From NCBI RefSeq assembly GCF_006345805.1, contig NC_043002.1, forward strand, positions 43,462,001 through 43,526,000: a stretch of 64,000 nt of DNA, written 5' to 3'. The notes beneath the pieces were generated by a model. It was given only the letters and a program-made list of their open reading frames with translations. It was not told the DNA's origin and made no database searches. Position numbers and translations under genes: made by a program. This DNA is from Octopus sinensis (taxonomy: Eukaryota). Shown here piece by piece: positions 12,122 through 24,600 of this stretch. Within the stretch, counting starts at the first letter, position 1; the number at the start of each line of letters is the position of its first letter.

Positions 12122-15100
12122 TTGTAACACAGTGTAGGTATAAATGCATCGGAGTCTTTAGTCATCTGTCAAGTCACAACAAGGCTCTCAGGCAGACAAT
12201 ACTTTCCTTAAGATGTACTCTGTGCCCAATAAGGTTGTTTTTTTGCAAGACATCAATCTTGCATGGGATTTCCAGTTACCTTAAGAAGCTTTGAAGTTTC
12301 AATGGGATTGAACCCAACTGTCCGATCACCACTGGTATCACTTTTACATTATCCTCTCGCATTTCATAGTCTTGCCATTTCCACTTTCAATTCGAAGTAC
12401 TTGGTGATTTTTTTCAACCTCTTTACTCACAACATTCATGTCATTTAGTATGGCTACATCAATGATCTGACGGCATTTGTTTCTCTTATTCAATATGACA
12501 ATGTCTTGCAGACGGTGTTCGATTACACGATCCGTCTGAAAATCATAGTCGCAGAGTGTCGTTACTTTTCCATCCTCCTGCATAACTTTACTTGATACAT
12601 GCTCATACTGTTACTTCATATTGGTATTTACAGCATAAGAGCCAATGAAGATGCATACACATTTTTATCTGCGACGATTTCATCTCAATCGAAGGAGAGG
12701 GACTTTCTCCGTCCGGGTTGCGGATCCGTGGAATAAGCTGCCGGACGAGATAGTGAAGATGCCGACGACCGCTCGGTTCAAAGTCTCTCTTGACCAGAAA
12801 TGGCCTGAACTCTTTGCATGAACACCCTCCCTGTACATAACTCCATGTCCCCCTACATGGCCTTGCTTTTTGCTTTCTGAGCCAAAAAAATTAACTTAAC
12901 TATCGTGGCGGCACTTGCATTCTTTTTGTGAAAGGCTCTCACATCCATTTACCAAACAGGTCACATTTTCGATACTCTTTTCACAGTCTGCATTTCTGGG
13001 TGTCAGGAGTTTTATAGATGTTATACTTCACTAAATTGGTAGCGAAATCTTGGTCTTGTGCAGCAATGATCATGCTTTCGGTGGTACCCTTTAGATCACC
13101 TCGCTCAAGTCATGCCCAAGGTGCTGTGTCATCCTTAACGTTTTGTGTATTCCTTTCAAACATTTCATGCATTCTCATTTCAAGAAGGTCTTCCTCTCTC
13201 TCTTCAGCTCTTCGGTAAAACTCTTCCTTGCCCATAATTTCATTTGCATTTACACCCATATCTTTCGCGGCATTTGGCAGCAGGTCTTCATCAGTATTTA
13301 TCAAATACTCGGCAAGCGTTTTCCTTTCACTCCTTATACAATGGTCTATACTAATTAGTCCTCTGCCACCATTCTTTCTTTTCATATAGAGTCTGTTTAC
13401 ATTTGCTTTAGGGTATAGCTCAATTCAGCGTCATCAGCTTTCTCGACCTTCTATCCAATTTTGATATTTCCTCCTTAGTACATTTGAGGATGGACGCACT
13501 ATATCTGACCACCGCAATTGCCCAGATATTCATTGCGGTAATCAAATTATTGGCATATCAAGTTGGATTTCAACACCATCTCCACCTTTTTTTGATATGT
13601 CTCGCTGACCTTGACTTTCATTTCTCTATGAAGAGTGTCATCCAACTCCAAAATTCCTAAATATCTATACCCACTACCGTCGGGCTCACCCATGGTCTCT
13701 CCTGATGGTAACCGCAATCCTCTGCAGGCTGCTCTCTTCCATCTTTCGATTCTAAATACTGAGCATTTGGTAATCCCAAATTCCATAGCGATGTCTCTAC
13801 AACACTTCTGGACTATTTTGGTTAAGAAATCTATCTGCTTTTCAGATTACTCTGACAATTTCAGGTCATCCATATACAGAAGATGGTTCAATGATTGGCT
13901 TTTCTTCTCACATCGGTAACCCGTCTTAACTTTCCTAAGTGTCATTGTTATGGGTGTTAGTGAAATTACAAATAGTAACGGAGAAAACAAGTTAGCTTGG
14001 AATATTCCCCTTTTAATATTAACTTCTTCAAGGAATACATTACTTGAGTACAACTTGGTCTTTCACTCTTTCATGCTATGCATCAGAAAATTTGCAATGT
14101 TGTCAGAAACACCAAATACCTGCAGGCAATGCAGCGATCCAAGAATGCGGCATCATATCATATGCCTTCTTAAAGCCAATCCAAGCCATGAACATGTTTG
14201 TATGATGTTTTTAGAATGCCTCAAAGCTGTTTATCGATGACCAGGTGATCCTTGGTACTCTGAGAATTCTTCCTACATCCTTTTTGTTCCCTTGGTAGTA
14301 TTTCTTCCAACACCAGGAAAGTATTTGTCTTTGCCGCAAATATTCCAGCGAGTTTCTTCCAGACTATGCTTAGGCATGCTCTGGGACGGTAGTTTAACAC
14401 AATATTCCCCTTTCTTCTATCTTTCATCATAAGTGTTGTCCTTCCAGTCACCATCCACGCGGAGACTGTACCTTTCTGGACACACCTCATTCAATTGGGC
14501 TGCTAGTCTTTCATGTGCCGCGTGACATCTCATCAGCCAAAAGCCATGAATCCCATCTAGTCTGGGGGATTTCCAGTCAGGTACTTTACCCATTTGTTCT
14601 TTCACATCACTCGTGCTTATGAAAATATTCCTTTGTTTCTTTCCTCCTTGTAATTCTATCTTGATAGTTCCGATCCACATTGCATCCCTTTTATGCACCA
14701 CATTGTTTCCCCATTATCCGCTCCAGAACTCCTTGGCTTGATTTGCATCAGAAGCAACATTTTCCCCATTGTCTCCGTTTAACGTTCGGAATAATTGCTT
14801 CGGAATATTTTTGGACAATCTGTTCTCCTCGAGCTGTTTATTTCTGTTCACAAATCATCTGATTTGGCTTTTTGCCATGATCCTCTGTTTTAACTGTTCT
14901 ATTACTGCATCAAACCCGTTTTCCCATATTTTATATCTCTTCTCTGATTTTTCTCAGTCAGTATTTTCCCCATTTTTTCCTCTTAACCATTGCTCAATTT
15001 TTTCTAGATCTTGCCTTATCTGCATTATGTCCCTTTCAATGCGTCGTTTCCACCATGATTCTTTTGCTCCACCATTTTTTTGTTTTCTTAAGTTGTAATT

Positions 15101-15225
15101 TCTCCTCAGCAAGTAGTGCAATGGCTCGGAGAAGATTCCTTCTTTGTGTTATGTCCTCTGTCTGGATGTATGGTATGACAGAATTTATCTTTTGTGTTAA
15201 TTTATTTATCATACTCGTATCTACC
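12122..15225 (-). mobile_element. R4/Dong-like LINE, ~2.9 kb (RT with YMDD + RLE), decayed
   Basis: ORF pieces KSPRLDGIHGFW, NYRPRACL, EQKGCRK, KRGIFQANLFSPLLF, NHLLYMDDLKL, GYRYLGILE, GGRGLISID, DYDFQTDRVIEHR..QIIDVAI. Confidence 0.93.
12670..12900 (+). mobile_element. 5'-truncated CR1-clade LINE 3' end nested in the R4 element
   Basis: Open frame LRRFHLNRRRGTFSVRVADPWNKLPDEIVKMPTTARFKVSLDQKWPELFA*; (TTAAC)n tail; TATC duplicated at 12666-12669 and 12901-12904. Confidence 0.85.
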
Positions 15226-15267
15226 CTTCTCTTATTTGATATTATTATTATATTATTATTATTATTA

Positions 15268-15298
<31 letters not shown>

Positions 15299-15959
15299 GC
15301 TATTTATGTAAATTGTATGTATTAGAAAACCTAACTGCTTATCATATTTGTTTATTTCACTTTCATATAAGTGAAAGATATTGGTCACTTCGTCGTCTCA
15401 ATCCATTAACATCCATTAATTTTCCTTTTGATCTGAAATATCATGATATCCGATGCGTTCGAACTAATGTAAATTAATGTAAATTCGTGCTCGAATTCGT
15501 AGTGTCAAAGAAATACCTCTTATTCAGTGTTCCAATATGATGACGTTCAGCTGGCTGGAACCAGTAAAAGAGTGAGCAGATGGATCACGTTTTCTTAGAG
15601 TAAAACTAGTCACATTACTATAGACAAGTGTGAGTAAAAGCATTTAAGAATCGAAATAAGTGGTGATAGTGGTAAGAACATTGAACATGAAACTTATAAT
15701 ATTGATTTTAAAACCAATGAGAGGTGGAAACACCTGAGAAAACGGAAAGGTAGTTTCATTAAATATACACAACATATAACAAAAATCTCGCTGCAAAAGA
15801 TTTTAAAAATATGTAGTGTAGGAATAATATTGTATATTATTTGAAGGTAGATGAATATTGAAGAAGCTATACGTTGAATTTCTATAAATGCCACATTTAT
15901 TCACCTACAACCGAAAATTGATAATTGCGAGTCCTATATTCTTTAGATTTGTGGGATCC

Positions 15960-17260
15960 TAGATCTGGTTTGTTATTATTGGCTTGTTCTAGGGGAAGGA
16001 GCTACGCCCATCATCTTCGTAAGAAAACTGTTACCGGATAGGGTGATACTGTAGATGTCCATATCACATATTTAAAGGTTAACGGTTGCAGAAAAACATG
16101 CATATGGAAGGGGTTCCTGCAGGATAAAGTTTAAAGGAAGAAGGATTGGCGTGCTGGAAAATGTAGAACCTCATGGATAGACAATACGGGTAACAAGAGG
16201 AGTATTGTAGGGGGAATTTGATACAGGAGTCCTCTGTGGAAGTGACACAAATGCAGCCAACTCTAGGGAGTAGCGGTCATAGTGTTAACAGTGGTAAGAG
16301 TAGCGAGAGAAATGACAGTACATGAGGTGAGGTGTTTGTGTATGGAAAGATATGAAGAAAGCTCTACAGGATAGTAAAGCGAAAACTATCCAGTTATAAA
16401 CTTCTGTTTGGTAGAGATTGAAGAGCGGTTTTAGTATTCATTTAAGGCTACTTTCCTTACATTATTAATGGCATTAGAAAGCATAACCATCACAATATTA
16501 GCTGCTATAAGGAGTATAAAAATTTGCCGGCTCGAACAAAGATCCTCCAACAAAGAGGTCAAGTCATAGAAAGGAATGGGGAAGTAAACGAACTGAATAA
16601 GAAGTAAGGATACGATGTGAAGAAAGAATGCTGAGAGAAATGTAGTCGGTTCGTGGGTCTGACAGAAAGATAGAATAAATTAAGTGTAGTAAAAGGTGGT
16701 AGGAGGGGCGTAGAATGGCCAGACTGGTAGTGTGGTATGAGATAACCAGTGTATCATACATAAACATATGGAATGTACGAAGGGGCATTGAAAGTTCCTG
16801 GCTTTGGATAAATGAAAATATAGGAGGATCAAGTATGATTTTATTCAACATATTCCTCTTTCAGACTCACGCACTTATTGCAGCAGTCATTCAATTTTTC
16901 TAAGCCCTGTAAAAGAACTCTGAATGCTGCAAACCAGGCCGTCTGCGATACCTTAGAACCAGAAACTTTTCAGGACCCCTACATATGTTATCAAGAAACA
17001 AAACAGATAATCTCGTGAGGTGAAAGGTGTGGTATTTCAGGAAGGTTGTCATAATTACAGGAATTAAGATAATTATTCATAGCATTTAGGGCCAAGGTTC
17101 CTGATAGGAAGATGAGCCTTAGTTTACTGAGTTTCTAGGTCACCTTTGGACCATAAAGTTGGTGAGGTTGTAGGAGGGACCAGAATAATTGAGGGAGTGA
17201 TCCATGGGTTTCAGAATATGTGAGATGCTATTGCATACATCCAGTATGTTTGTAGTATGT
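15960..17260 (-). mobile_element. highly decayed L2/CR1-group LINE remnant
   Basis: Weak minus-strand motifs (ELAAFVSLP, QSFF, PKGD..); purine-rich block distinct from the flanks; split by the MITE at 16776. Confidence 0.35.
16776..16984. mobile_element. mariner-derived MITE (~205 bp)
   Basis: TA-flanked imperfect TIRs tacgaaggggcattgaaagttcc / gaaacttttcaggacccctacata; internal sequence matches 4248-4395. Confidence 0.75.
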
Positions 17261-18279
17261 TTCTGAAAACGGTCACTTAAAGGGTAACAAACGGATATTA
17301 CCGAAAAAATTATTTTAACAAGAAAAAGGATGGTTTATTAAATGAATCAGAGAGTTTAGTTTCTTTCAGATATTTTCTAAATTTACATTCAGTCAACAAT
17401 GTCTTTTATCCTTCCGAGGTCGATTCAGTTGATTATGTCCTTCAATTTAGTAACATAGCTTTGTGCTTGTATGATAACTCATTATTATAGGCTTGTCTCG
17501 CCTATAATTTGAAACCTTGAACCAGCTTAAGATATAATTAAATGCAGTGACAAGTGCATTGTAATGTTATAATATTTACAATACACTTATCGCTTATTTA
17601 ATAATTGTAGACTATTAGATTAGATACGTTATAATATTTAGTCTTGTTTATGTTCACGTTTAAATCCTATCAGAACTGGTTTTATTTCCGGAGTTCCATG
17701 AATGCTTAATGTATTAAACCGCTATACTTTTTCTACTATACTCCTCTATGATAGATGTGTGGCTCTGTTCCCATGTAAGAAGATATTTTTGTAACCAGCT
17801 ATTGTGATTTGCGAATATTAAAACATACATCCACCCATTTCTTTTCTCCAAAGAAACAATTTCAATTTTTGCATTGATATTTATAGCAAAGGTTATTTTT
17901 TATTCAGTAAACATTAAGTTTGTGGCGACCAGGTCCATGACCCGGTTGTTATTTTAGGTTTTAGATTGTTGTATTTTTATTCAATTGTATAAGTAATATA
18001 GTTGGTATACGTGCATGAAACTGTTGATTTCTGCATAGTAATTAACGTTTAGTTTTTGTTTGTTTGTTTGTTTTTCGCAAAACAAGAAATAGTAGGGTCG
18101 GAGATCAGTTCTGAAAGCGATAGCATTAAACTCTATAATGAGGACATCAAAACAACAGTTAAAATGTCTTTAGAGAAATAGAGCAATGCGTATGTATATA
18201 TGTATACATGTATGTATGTAGAAAAAATTTTGGCCAGCCACCTGTTTCGTAGCAAGGTTTTGAAAGAAAGCGTCTTGTT

Positions 18280-19330
18280 TTATTCATCAGCCTTTAATTT
18301 TTATGAAGGTCTTGTAGACTTTTATAGTTCCAGATATCATAATCATTTGTAATGTACAAATTAAGAATCTGCGTTCTCTTCCCAAGAACCCAAGTTCAGC
18401 TATACTTTGCTCCAAACGGGTTTGTATATATCCTGTTGCTCCAGCAGTAACAGGTATGAAGTTGAAATTGTGCATCTTGGATAATGGATTTGAAAATCCC
18501 TTATCAATGTTCCACCGATGTACTCTTTCTCTTGTACTTTTCTAACTACATCGGTGTCCCGAGGGTAACTGATTTCCACAATGGAACATCTTTTTCTTGT
18601 GATCACAACAATATCTTGTCGGTGGGGCTTTATTTCGGAGGCTGTTCTAATTTTTAAGTTCCACCATTATTTTTTTTAACCCATAGGTCTCAGCATACTC
18701 CTGGCAGTGTTGTGTTCTTGAGTAAGACACCTTATTTCACGTTGCTCCAGTTCACTCAGCTCTAAATGAGTCGCAATTTTACTGGTGCCAAACTGTATCA
18801 GCCTTTACCTTTACTCTGGATAACATCGGTGGCGTGGAGAGGGGAGGCTGGTATGTTTCCATAAACAACCTTCCTCGAATTTATGCCTCGGAGGGAATAT
18901 TCTAGCTGCAATCCCATGGTCATTCAGTCATTCATGACCAAAGGAGATCTTTAACCTTTATCCCTTTCCAGACTATTCAGGCCACCGTATCATGCCTCAT
19001 GGGAAGATAATATCATGAAGACATGCTCTCGCAGTTGCCAATAAGGTAATTGACGACTTCAGTCTTGGTTTTCCATAGCCTACATTTGTTGCGTGTCAAT
19101 GTTTTCTGCTTTTTATGCTGTAGGTACTTGGTGGTAATCTCTTCTTGAATTGCATGGAGGTAGCGTTCGAAATGGGATGCCATAAACTTGTCGGTATTCC
19201 AAACCAAGCTTTTGACATGATCAATTCCTTCTATGGTTTGTGTTCTTCGTACAAGTACCTATGTACTATCTATTCAGTGAACTGATGTCCAACTATAAAA
19301 CCTTAATAATACACTCATATGGTATACTAT
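18280..19330 (-). mobile_element. second R4/Dong-like family, 3' end (zinc knuckle + RLE), split by a SINE
   Basis: ERYLHAIQEEITTKYL..KCRLWKT..VNYLIGNCESMS; RKRCSIVEISYPRDTDVVRKVQEKE; FIPVTAGATGYIQ..ISGTIKVYKTF. Confidence 0.8.
18695..18965 (+). mobile_element. SINE family D (V-SINE-like core gtgttcttgagtaagacac..tgctccagttcactcagct)
   Basis: Aligns with the segments at 41657-41941 and 36369-36595. Confidence 0.75.
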
Positions 19331-19713
19331 TAAAACCCTTCTGGTAGTCAAACCATGCGATCTTTCACTGCTTTTTTTGTGAATCATTTTATTATGAGCT
19401 GCTGTATAGAGCCCTACATTTCCTACTTTCCTCCAGCTTGCTCAGGAGATATAATGTATGTATTATGTGTGCACGTATGTCCGGTCCTGTATCATCACAA
19501 AATATACGCTGTGAATATGAATACAGGCTTTGAGTACCAAAAGTTCAATCTTAATATCTCTAGTATTTAGTTTTTATTTATTATCACAATTACATAAGTT
19601 TGTAAATTATCTAAATGATCTTTAAATTGAGAGAAAATATATTCCGCACAATTTAAACTGTGATTGTTATTGATTGAATAACTGTATATTAATTTTCTTT
19701 TCCATATTTCTAG

Positions 19714-19839
19714 TACTCATTGCATTTATAAATGCATGGAGTGTTCGAGTAGCGACAACAGTTCAAAACGTTTTAACATTTGCGAAGTTATTAGCTATTG
19801 CTATCATCAGCGGTGGTGGGATCTACAAACTTGCAACAG
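19714..19839 (+). CDS. SLC7A9: SLC7A9-like exon (TM4-TM5)
   Basis: tatttctag| ... |gtaaga; phase 1-1, 126 nt; (L)LIAFINAWSVRVATTVQNVLTFAKLLAIAIISGGGIYKLAT(G). Confidence 0.95.
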
Positions 19840-20309
19840 GTAAGATAGATATTTTAAAATATATTTTTTATTTGTATTCTATCTATTATCGCTCTTTTAA
19901 GGGCATCTTCCTTCTTTGGGTCGTTAGATTTTGATAGAAGTATACAATTATCCTCTAGTATACAGCATGTCTTGTGTATTTGAAATTGAAATTTTCTGCA
20001 TCAACCAGATTTTTGTTTAAATGAAAGAGCATTAAATTGTGTGCAATTTGTAGAGGCAGTTCCTTCTTGTCTTAAATAAATGCTTTCTAAAAACACATGA
20101 AAAGCATGAAATAGCAACTTTTGGTATTCTGGTGCCCTATCGATGTATTTAGTCGTGTTTACATCATTTTAATCAAAATCCTTGAAGCTTTAGTCAATTC
20201 AGCTCTTGTGGACGTATTTCATTTAGAGTCAGTGGGAAAGCCTTGGTAATCCAGTTTAGCTGAAGGGTAAAATGCTAAAATCTATAAAAAGCTAGATAGA
20301 AGCAAAACC

Positions 20310-20319
20310 TACACACACA

Positions 20320-20406
<87 letters not shown>

Positions 20407-20493
20407 ATGTATGTATGCATGTATGCAATGCATGCCTGTATGTATGTATGTATGTATGTATGTATATATAAACACATAGACACACACACACAC
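20310..20493. repeat. (CA)n/(TA)n/(TATG)n microsatellite
   Basis: Directly visible. Confidence 0.95.
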
Positions 20494-22660
20494 AACTTTA
20501 ATACAAATCCAAGTGTTAGACTTATATGTCCCTCTAAATCTGATATTGGTAAAATTAGTAAATTCATATTAGATAAATGTATACCGAAACATAGAAATAT
20601 AATAACGCTAAATCTTTGGTCCAGTTCATATGAAGTGATTAGCTAGTTTACACAAATGCAAAATAAAGATGAAACTAAATTTATCTAGATAGATATTTCA
20701 AATTACTATGATTCTATAAACCCGATACTATCTAATATGGCGCTGATGTTTGCAAAGAAAAATTCGGCAATAATTCGTAATAAAATATTTTGGCGGCTAA
20801 AAAATCTATCATTAAACTTTGGGATAAATATTGGAATAGAAAAGATTGACCGGATATGTTTGACTTAACATACGTATGGGTTCTATGGATTCGGCACAGG
20901 TTACTGATTTCGTGGGAATTTATATATCTTTTTCTCTAAATAAGAAATTCCCTGAAATAGCAGGAGGTTTATATAAGGATGATGCACTTTTTACAATTGT
21001 AAACACCTCCAATAGAATGTTAGAAAAATATAGAAACAAAGTTTTGAGATTCTTTAAAAATATAGAGCTAACTATAACGATAGAAGATAAACATGACTAA
21101 ATTTCTTAGATGTTACATTGAAGATTGAAAACAGAATTTATAAACCCTTTCATACACCTATTGAAAACAAAAATATATGAATATTAGAAGTAATCATTCC
21201 AAATCAGTAACAAACTCACTAATAACAAACATTTAGTCTAGAATAACTAAATTATTTGCCAATGAGAATATTTTCAAATTTAATGAAATCTATTATAACT
21301 TGGCACTTAGGAAAGCGGGATATAAGGATAAAATTATGTTTAAGAAGTCAAATAATGAATCTGATTTAAATAGCAATTTTAATTATGCAGATCTAGTACT
21401 ATGAACAAATCTACTTATATGAAAGGTAGTAATGGGGATTTAAAATCAAATATAGAAATTGATAAAATAACAAGAGTAAGTGATTTTAACAGAGAAAATA
21501 GTCAAATGAACAGTATAATAAAAAAAAGGAAAAATCGTAAGATTGTTGATGACCAGGTTAAAATTTCTCGTACTGCTAATAAAAATGAGGATGTGGTATT
21601 CTCTAATAAAATCTCAAATTATTTTAATATAAAAACAACTAAAAGATTTAAAGTTAAAAATAAAATAAACACTAACTTCAATATGGATCAAAATCAGAGA
21701 ATACTTACGCCTTCGAAAAACGGACATATGCATCACGATTATGACCTTAACTCGAAGAATACTTCATGGGTAATCATTCCATTTGGTAAATAGATAAATT
21801 ACAAATTTTCTAAATTCTTTAGTATAGCAATTCAAAAATATTTTGCAAGCAATCACAAATATTACAAAATTTTTTATAAGATTATAATGGCTTTTTGTCT
21901 TAGTAACATTATTGCACAAATTATTGCAACACAACGTTAAAATAATACTGAAATTTCAAAGAATCGATTATAATGAGAATAGCATAGTAAATATTAAGCG
22001 TAATAACGTCAAACGGAATAAAAGAAAAAAGCTCAAATAGAAGGGAACGCTAGGAATTTAAATGTCATGGAAAGGGAAACAACTAAATTTAACATAGTTG
22101 ACGTCAGATCGAATAAAAATTCAGCTAGAATTAGAATAAAGATAACGTTATCTAAAGGAGTAAATACTAATAAAGAACTTGGTGGATTTGAATCTAATTC
22201 TACGATGAATGATCAAATTAAAGCTAAATCTGAGAGAAAATATAAAAGATTATCCTTGCAGTTGTTTTAAACGGGGGTCCTTTTGTGTGGAAAACAAGGT
22301 TAAGACAAAAATGTAATGTATAGATGTAAAGTTACATCTGAGGGTAAGGAATTCTTTTACATCGGCGGGACATCATTAATTTTCAAGAGAAGGTTGGCAA
22401 ATCATTTGAGTTTATTTAAGGAGAAAAATAAAAGGTTCCAGACGAGTCTTAACAAATTTTTCTAGTCTTTTAAGGACACTAACAAAGACTATACCTATTA
22501 GATGGGAATTAATTTGTACAGCAAAACCATAGCAGACCCGAAACCAATAGATGTGAGCTATGTTTAGAAGAATTTTATAGGATTTTCACATCCAAGTGTA
22601 ATGTAATAAATTACATTACAGGAAAACGCACTGAGGAAATTAACATTTGCAAAGTATAAA
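20494..22660 (+). mobile_element. Penelope-like element (PLE): RT + GIY-YIG endonuclease, decayed and 5'-truncated
   Basis: NPSVRLICPSKSDIGKISKFILDK, FI.IDISNYYDSI, MGSMDSAQVTDFVG, GGLYKDDALF, LDVTL, ALRKAGY, then CSC, NVMYRCKVTSEGKEFFYIGGTSLIFKRRLANH, RCELCLEE. Confidence 0.9.
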
Positions 22661-22837
22661 AGAATAATAATAGTTTAAACAATAGAAGGTTTTGAAATAA
22701 TGGACTAAAGATGATTATCCACTAAAAACTTGTTCGCGTCTAACTTATATTATACAAAGCAGAGTAGATAAAAGAAAATATTTAAACGGCCAAATCGAAG
22801 GATATCAAGTTAAGACCCTAAAAAACTACACCGGTTT

Positions 22838-22900
22838 CATAGTAGAGTTGTAATTGCAACGGTTACTAATAGGTGCAATTGAAACATGTGTTGGTCTATG
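22838..22900 (+). ncRNA. decayed type I hammerhead remnant downstream of the PLE ORF
   Basis: GAAAC-ATGT-GTT at 22881-22892; stem II aattgca/tgcaatt; catag/ctatg stem-I remnant; CUGAUGA box not recognisable. Confidence 0.35.
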
Positions 22901-23029
22901 TAATACAGTATAACTCTTTAAATCTTTAAATTGTTTCAGCTTCAAAGCTGCTGATATGATGGGGCACCACTGTTATATAAACTAAAAAATTAAAGGTAAT
23001 GCTATACAGCTTCGTAGTATATATGATGA

Positions 23030-23031
23030 TG

Positions 23032-23099
<68 letters not shown>

Positions 23100-23189
23100 T
23101 CTCGTGAGCTATCAATGGCAACAGACACTACGAAAAATCGTTAAATATAAGGGAAGTAAATCTAATAGGAGGAAAAAGAAAAAGGAAAA

Positions 23190-23231
<42 letters not shown>

Positions 23232-23705
23232 GTAAATATATATATATGTAAATACATATATATATATGTAAATATGTATATATATGTATATATATATATA
23301 TGTAAATATATATATATATATATGTAAATATATATATATATATATGTGTGTTTGTGTGTTTATATGTATGTATATGAGTGCAACCTCATCCTCTTATATA
23401 CATAGGTGCTTACATGCATACACGTAACATAATACATATATATTGACACATTTATACGTATAAATATACGTATATATAAAATCCCAAATTTTTTATAATA
23501 TACGTATATATATATATATGTATGTGTGTGTGTGCGTGTGTGTGTGTGTATACACAGACATACATTCGTACACCCGCATGCATACATACATACATACACA
23601 CACGCACGCACACACACACATACACCACACACATACACGCACGCACACACACACACACATTCAGGTAATATACATATACACACATACATACACACCCGCA
23701 CAATT
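23030..23705. repeat. (AAT)n, (TA)n, (TG)n and (CA)n microsatellite block
   Basis: Directly visible. Confidence 0.9.
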
Positions 23706-23949
23706 AAAAAGGAAAAAGGAAAAAAAATGAAAAAAATGTATACAGAAAATTAAAAATTAATGGTAGTTAAAACATGGGAAATTTTGTGCAGGAAAATAGT
23801 AGAATTTTGGATTCTAGCCGTGATCTTGGGGGCCCTAAACCATAACAGGTATTTTGTGACATATGGACATGAACCAAAGAGTTCAGTTTTTGAATGTAGA
23901 TGTATATCTATGTGTGTGTGTGTATGTGTGTGTGTGTGTATTTGTGTGT

Positions 23950-24148
23950 CTGTGTTGTTGCCCAGCCATCGCTTGACGACCGATGCTGATGTGTTTACGT
24001 CCCCGTAACTTAGGGGTTCGGAAAAAGGGAACGATAGAATAAGTACTAGGTTTACAAAGAATAAGTCTTGGAGTCGATTTGTTCGACTAAAGACGGTACT
24101 CCAGCATGACCACGGTCAAATCACTGAAACAAAAATAAAAGAAATAAG

Positions 24149-24150
<2 letters not shown>
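23950..24150 (+). mobile_element. SINE family B, 3' half
   Basis: gatgctgatgtgtttacgtccccgtaacttag ... ccagcatgaccacggtcaaatcactgaaacaa matches 57250-57458. Confidence 0.8.
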
Positions 24151-24183
<33 letters not shown>

Positions 24184-24359
24184 AAAGATCCAGGTGAATA
24201 ATTACAAGGTAGATAAATGTTGCTTAAGTGTCTAAGGAAACAATGATCAGAATTGTGTGTGGTTTGATTCCGGGATTAGTAAGTCGTATTTAGGAGAAGA
24301 TAAGAAAAATTGAAAAAGATGACAGACGCTCAGGATGTTATGAAAACATTTATATCTTC

Positions 24360-24452
24360 ATATCTTCTACATATGCTTCGATGGATGCATTCCAAATACG
24401 CCCGACAGGAAGAATTATGGTCAGCTACGCATCAGTCTCATCAGGAAAGACA
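24360..24452 (-). ncRNA. hammerhead copy in the left arm, core mutated (GAAA to GAAG)
   Basis: Minus-strand CTGATGA at 24444-24438; GAAGC-ATAT-GTA at 24379-24368. Confidence 0.55.
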
Positions 24453-24506
24453 AACAACACCCATCTAATAGACATTTTTACAGATATCTGATAGGTGTTG
24501 TTGTTT

Positions 24507-24600
24507 ATGTCTTTTCTGATGAGATTGATGCGAAAATGACCATAATTCTTCCTGTCGGGCGTATTTGGAATGCTTCCATCGAAATATATGTAGAAGATAT
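24507..24600 (+). ncRNA. type I hammerhead ribozyme candidate (right arm)
   Basis: CTGATGA 24516-24522; stem II 24523-24580; GAAA 24581-24584; T-ATAT-G short stem III; GTA 24590-24592; stem I atgtc(t)ttt / gaagatat. Confidence 0.65.

Noticed and set aside
22250-22660. Selenocysteine-recoded (Naiad-type) PLE endonuclease
   Set aside because: The recognisable Cys positions (CSC, CELC) use TGC/TGT; no in-frame TGA was seen at those sites.
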